A stretch of DNA of 64,000 nt, taken from the NCBI RefSeq assembly GCF_009914755.1, contig NC_060942.1; one strand, given 5' to 3'. A program made the translations under genes and the position numbers. The notes under the pieces are model-generated. The model had not been told where the DNA came from. It did no database searches and was given only the letters and a program-made list of their open reading frames with translations. This document shows positions 58,595 to 64,000 of the stretch, piece after piece. Origin of the DNA: the human T2T-CHM13v2.0 reference genome, Homo sapiens. The stretch's first letter is position 1, and each line of letters opens with the position of its first letter.

Positions 58595-60510
58595 AGAGTT
58601 TTTATTGAAATATAATTTATATTTAGTGAAATGTACACTTTGATAAGTCTTAACAAATGTATACATACTTATAGCCCGCATGCCTGTTACGATGTAGATA
58701 GGAACATGGCCATCAACACAGAATGTTCTCTCTTACTACTTCATATTCAACCCCTGCCTCTTCTCCACACCCTAGTAACCACAGTTCTAAATTCTTTTGA
58801 CACCTAGGTGACTACCTGTTCTAGAACTTACTATAAATACAGTCATATATTATGTACTCTATTGTGTTCTTATGCTATTTTATGAAATTATGTTTTGTTG
58901 TATATATGGATTATTTGTTTCTTATTAAAATGCTGAATAGTATTCCCTTATATGAATCCAATCATCTGTTTGTTGGCAATGTGGGTGCTTCTAGTTTCTA
59001 GTTTTAGCTATTACAAATAAAGTTACTCTGATGATAAGTGGGGTTTTTTTTGTGAATATTTGTTTTCATTTCTCTTGGGTAAATAAGGAGTGGAATTGCT
59101 AGGTCATATAGAAGGATATGCTTAAGTGAAGATACTGCCAGTTTTCCAGGTCTCAATGTGTGAGACTTCTGGGTGCTCCATATCCTTGCCAGTGTTAGGG
59201 ATTGTTGTTCTTTTTAAATTTTAGCCATTCTAGATGATGTCTATTGATAGCTCATTTTAATTTTAATTTGCATTTATTTGATTTTTTTCCTTGGGCTTAC
59301 TAACCATCAGTATGTCAAAATGAAATAAAATATAGAGATGAATCTCTAAGTTTAAAACATTTTATTTGGGAAGCAAGAATTGCAATTCAGGGCATACTCA
59401 CACAGACCTGATGGTCTTTGCTGTGTCCCAAGAACAAAGAGAAGGTTAGGGGTTTTATTTTTAAAAAGAGAAATGTTATATATTGCTCTGTGAGAAAGTT
59501 CATCGCACTAGTAAGGTTTGGGGGACTGACAGTCTCTGAGTGGTGAGTGACCAGATGGGTAAAGCCAGTCTTAGAGTGGCAGCAGGTTGTTTCGGAAGTG
59601 ATTAGATAAAACTAGTTTCAGGTTACAGCAGGCAGTTTCAGCGGCCAGGCTGGCAGAAAATTACATTCTTGGAGCAATGGTGTGTGCCCAGAGTGCTTTT
59701 TCCTCTTGGCTTCTTGACTCAGTTTTATTTGGGTATGACAAGTGACCCAATTCATATGATCAATTTTCATACTATATTTTCCTTTGTAAACTGTTTGTTC
59801 AACTCTGCCCATTTTTTTATGGGTTTTTTATCTTTTTATTATTCTAAATAAAATCCTTTGTCAGATACACACACACAACACACACACACACACACACACA
59901 CAAATGTATTCTTCAAGTCTTTGGCTTGACTGTTCATTTTCTCTTTTTTTCTTTCTCTTTCCCTACAAGACAAGGCCTCCCGCTGTCACCCAGGCTGAAG
60001 TGCACTGTGGTCATGGCTCACTGCAGCTTACCTCCTGGGCTCAAGTGATCCTCTTGCCTTGGCCTCCCAAAGTGCTGGCATGAGTGACTGTGGTTGGCCT
60101 GTTTATTTTCTTAATAGTGTCTTTTGATGAGCAGAAGTCCAATTTGTCAGTTTTTAATTTTATAGTTAGTGCTTTCTGGTAATGTCTGGGAAGTTTTTAC
60201 CCTCTCAAAGCCCTCAAAAATATGTTTTTAGAAGTTGTATAGTTTTTAGCTATTAAGTTTTAGGTCTGTAATTTATGATGAATTATATTTTGTACATGAT
60301 ATGACATGGAGAGTGGAGCTTCAATTTTTTTCATATGCTTATCTAGCACTATTTGTTGAAAAAGATTGTCCCCTCATTGTATTCCTCTGGAACCTTTGTT
60401 GAAAATCAATTAACTATACACGTGTGCATTTCTTTTTGGAATTTCTATTTGTTCCTCCAATCTATTATCTGTTCTTACTGCAACACCTTACTGTCCTGAT
60501 TACTGTAGCT
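58595..60510 (-). mobile_element. L1ME 3' region split by MER65-like LTR (59313-59770), (CA)n (59867-59902) and an Alu monomer (59940-60099)
   Basis: tttattgaaatataatttatat, ggagtggaattgctaggtcata; LTR starts tgtcaaaatgaaataaaatatagagatgaatctctaa. Confidence 0.65.
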
Positions 60511-61089
60511 GTTTTTCTTCTGTTTTTGTCTATGCTTGTTGGTGTTTCTGGGTTTCCCAGCTTCTATCATTCCAAGTCTATGGTGTGAGATAGAAGAAAA
60601 CTCTGAGAACTCACCACCATATTCCTCCTATCCTGAGGTACTGAACCGGTCTGCCTCCTTCTGTCTACCTTTCAGAGTCTTTTTTTGTTTCTTCTTCTTC
60701 TTCTTCTTTTTTTCTTTTCAATCTGATCTGGGAATTTTAGTTGTACGTACCAGGAAGAATAGGGATAAATAATCTTTACTCAAATTTTCAATAATTTACA
60801 CCAGGTATCCTCTTGCCTCAGAAATAAGAATTTCTGATTTTTGTTGTTTGTTTTCTTGCCTTTGAATATTTATACTTAAATTTTATTATGGACCATTTGA
60901 AACCTCTCTCTTCTGCCCTTTTCTTCAGTGAAGTTTAGGCTTGCTATAGCTCCCCAGTGGTCAAACAATGTGTCCTAATGCAAACATGTTGTTCTTCCTT
61001 TCTTACTAAACCGTCATGCACTCAGACTCTCACTCCTTCATGTCTGCCTTTAGTGGCTCCACTTATCTTCAGCTCTAGATGAATTAACT

Positions 61090-61459
61090 TGTCTTAGTCT
61101 GTTTAGACTTCTATAACAAAATACCATAACATGGGTAGCTTATAAACAACAGAAATTTATTGCTTTTCATTGCAGACTGGAATGTCCAAGATCAAGATGC
61201 TGACAGATTTAGTGTCTGCTGAGGGCCCACTTTCTGGTTCATAGACCTGGCCTTCTTGCTGTGTTCTCATGTGGTGGGTGGAGGTGGTGAATTCATAAGA
61301 GGAGGAGGGAGTGTCCTCATAAGAGGACACTAATCCCATTAATGAGAACTCCACCCTCACGACCTAGTCACCTCCCAAAGGCCCCCCCTCCTAATACCAT
61401 CACCTTGGGGATTAAGTTTCAATATATGAATTTTGAGGGGACACATTCAGTCCATAGCA
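61090..61459 (-). mobile_element. MLT1A-like MaLR LTR
   Basis: tgtcttagtctgttt...aacaacagaaatttatt...gacacattcagtccatagca. Confidence 0.85.
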
Positions 61460-61944
61460 CAAGTCAATAAATATTTCTTTAGAGTAGCTTTTGTCAGATA
61501 ATCTATTAAATACTTTATGAACAAAACTGTCTAATTGTCTTTATCAGTCTAGTATGGAAACAAAAATAATTGTGTACCAGGAGAACATGGAAATGTAGTA
61601 TAGTATAACTTACAAATGTTGTAGGGGTGCATGATCAAAAGCCACCTGGCATTTTGCTGCTGGTATTCCTGCCCTTACTCCTCTCTTAGCCCCAGTTTTG
61701 TCACTTTCTGGCTTTGGAATTGGTAATGAGTCCCACACCAGGTCTGAACTCAACATGACATTTAGTGTCTGAGCCCACCTTATCTTTTAATGTCTTTTCC
61801 ATTACTTCTTAGCAAGAACTGCCCAGGTCAGGCTGGTCTTCACCCCATTCTCATAATAAGTCCCAAATGTTCCTGTGTGTCTTTAACCACACTGTTCCTC
61901 CTGGCATAAATGTATTTATTCCCTTTCTTTGTGTGTATACGTGA

Positions 61945-62660
61945 AGGGTGGTTCAGTGAAAAAAAAGTGTTTTGAGTCAAACAGATCCCAGTTTTATCTC
62001 TTACTTGCTATGTGATTTAGGGAAAGTTATTTAAGCTCTCTGAGCCTTACTTTCTCTGTTTATAAACATGGAAAAATACTGCTTTTCTCACAGGGTTAGC
62101 TAAATTAATGTATGTGAACGTTCCAGAAGCCACAGGAACTCAAATAAATTGTTGATTCCCTTTATTTCCTGAATTAGAACTTAAGGCTTAGGGCAAGATT
62201 CATTTCTTCTAATATTTGTCTCATCAGCAGTAAATATGTTGAGAACAGAAAAGATACCAATTAGTTTATTAAATAAACATTTGACTACTTACTGTGTGCC
62301 ATAGGTAGTGTTAAATTTTGGAGCTCACCATTAGCAAGGTGAACACATGCATATGTAATTGAAATACAGTATGGTAAGTGCTGTGAAGAGGTACGTTCAG
62401 GATGTTCTAGGACACAGAAAAGGAGTATTTGTGGCTTATACTGGATGGGGTGGGTCACCAGGGAGGATTCTTGGAGAAGTGTTGCTAGTGCTTGATTTTT
62501 TTAAACAGCTTTATTGAGGTAGAACTCATATAAGATCCACTCACTCGAAGTGTATAATTTAATGATTTTTAGCCAGTTTATGGGTTTCTGCAACCATCAC
62601 CATAATCCAAATTTAGAATGTTTCCATCATCTACAAAATCATGCCCAATTGTAGGCCTAG
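61945..62660. mobile_element. MIR (61945-62155), L2 (62260-62490) and L1MB 3' end (62495-62650)
   Basis: MIR core ggaaagttatttaagctctctgagcct; L2 end aataaacatttgactacttactgtgtgcca. Confidence 0.65.
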
Positions 62661-62995
62661 TGTTAAAGGATGAGTATGAATTAGCCACGCAAAAATATTG
62701 AGAGGAAGGCTGGATTCCTGGGAGAGAATGAGCAAAGACAGAGAAGCATACAATAACATGGTATCCGTGTGGGTGATATGTCTATAAGCAATTTTTTTTT
62801 TCTGGAGTGTAAACCTGTGCGCCTGCCCCACAAGTTGTGTTTTAGCTTCCATGGACTTGAGCTCAGTTTCCTCATCTCTAATGTATAGTTCCTGTTACCT
62901 TGTTGAACTCTAGGTCCTTTTAAACTCTCAACTCTTAGATTGTCAAAACTTCAATTAATAGGAAAAGGGAATGCACTTTAAAAAACTATAGCCAA

Positions 62996-63649
<654 letters not shown>

Positions 63650-64000
63650 TTAAGAAAAACAGAATTATACTGATGCTTATTGATCCTTCAGTGAAAACTT
63701 TTTTGTTTTTAATATTTTTTTTTCTGGTTATGTAAGCAATAGTGCATATTGGGTAGAAAATTTATAAAATGCAGAAAAACAAAAAAAGTTTAGATCAGTC
63801 ATAATCTTAAATCCAGAGATAATTGTTATTAATATGCTGTTATTTTATGCATATATTTATATATTTAAATTGATATGCTGTAAATAAAATTGCTTTTTCC
63901 TCACATCATTAAATATTGTCAACATGATTTTTAATGTTACATAATTTTTACAGGATCAAAAAACAGCTTGTTCTTTTTTTTTTTTTTTTAATTTGAGACA

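Overview
This is primate DNA, almost certainly human, not microbial. It is a repeat-dense region with one CpG-island promoter (~28.15-29.5 kb). From memory I recognise that promoter and two alternative non-coding first exons (28379-28546 and ~28900-29061) as the 5' end of RALBP1 (RLIP76, chr18p11.22), transcribed on +. Bases 29062-64000 are intron 1, and the first coding exon lies beyond the window, so no protein-coding CDS is present. Bases 1-28 kb are intergenic. The rest is about 48 Alus, old L1/HAL1/L2/MIR/L3 fragments, many LTRs (MaLR, ERV1, ERVL, MER11) and DNA-transposon fossils. Repeat subfamily names come from recalled consensus sequences, not RepeatMasker, and boundaries are approximate. 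I found no new multi-gene system. The best leads are: (1) an antisense, CpG-rich retrocopy forming a second CpG island 2.5 kb into intron 1; (2) an intronic MER41 LTR with two intact tandem GAS/STAT motifs; (3) first-exon-specific uORFs and a G-quadruplex motif; (4) two ~85-bp non-tandem local duplications that look like templated insertions; (5) a (GGAA)12 microsatellite.
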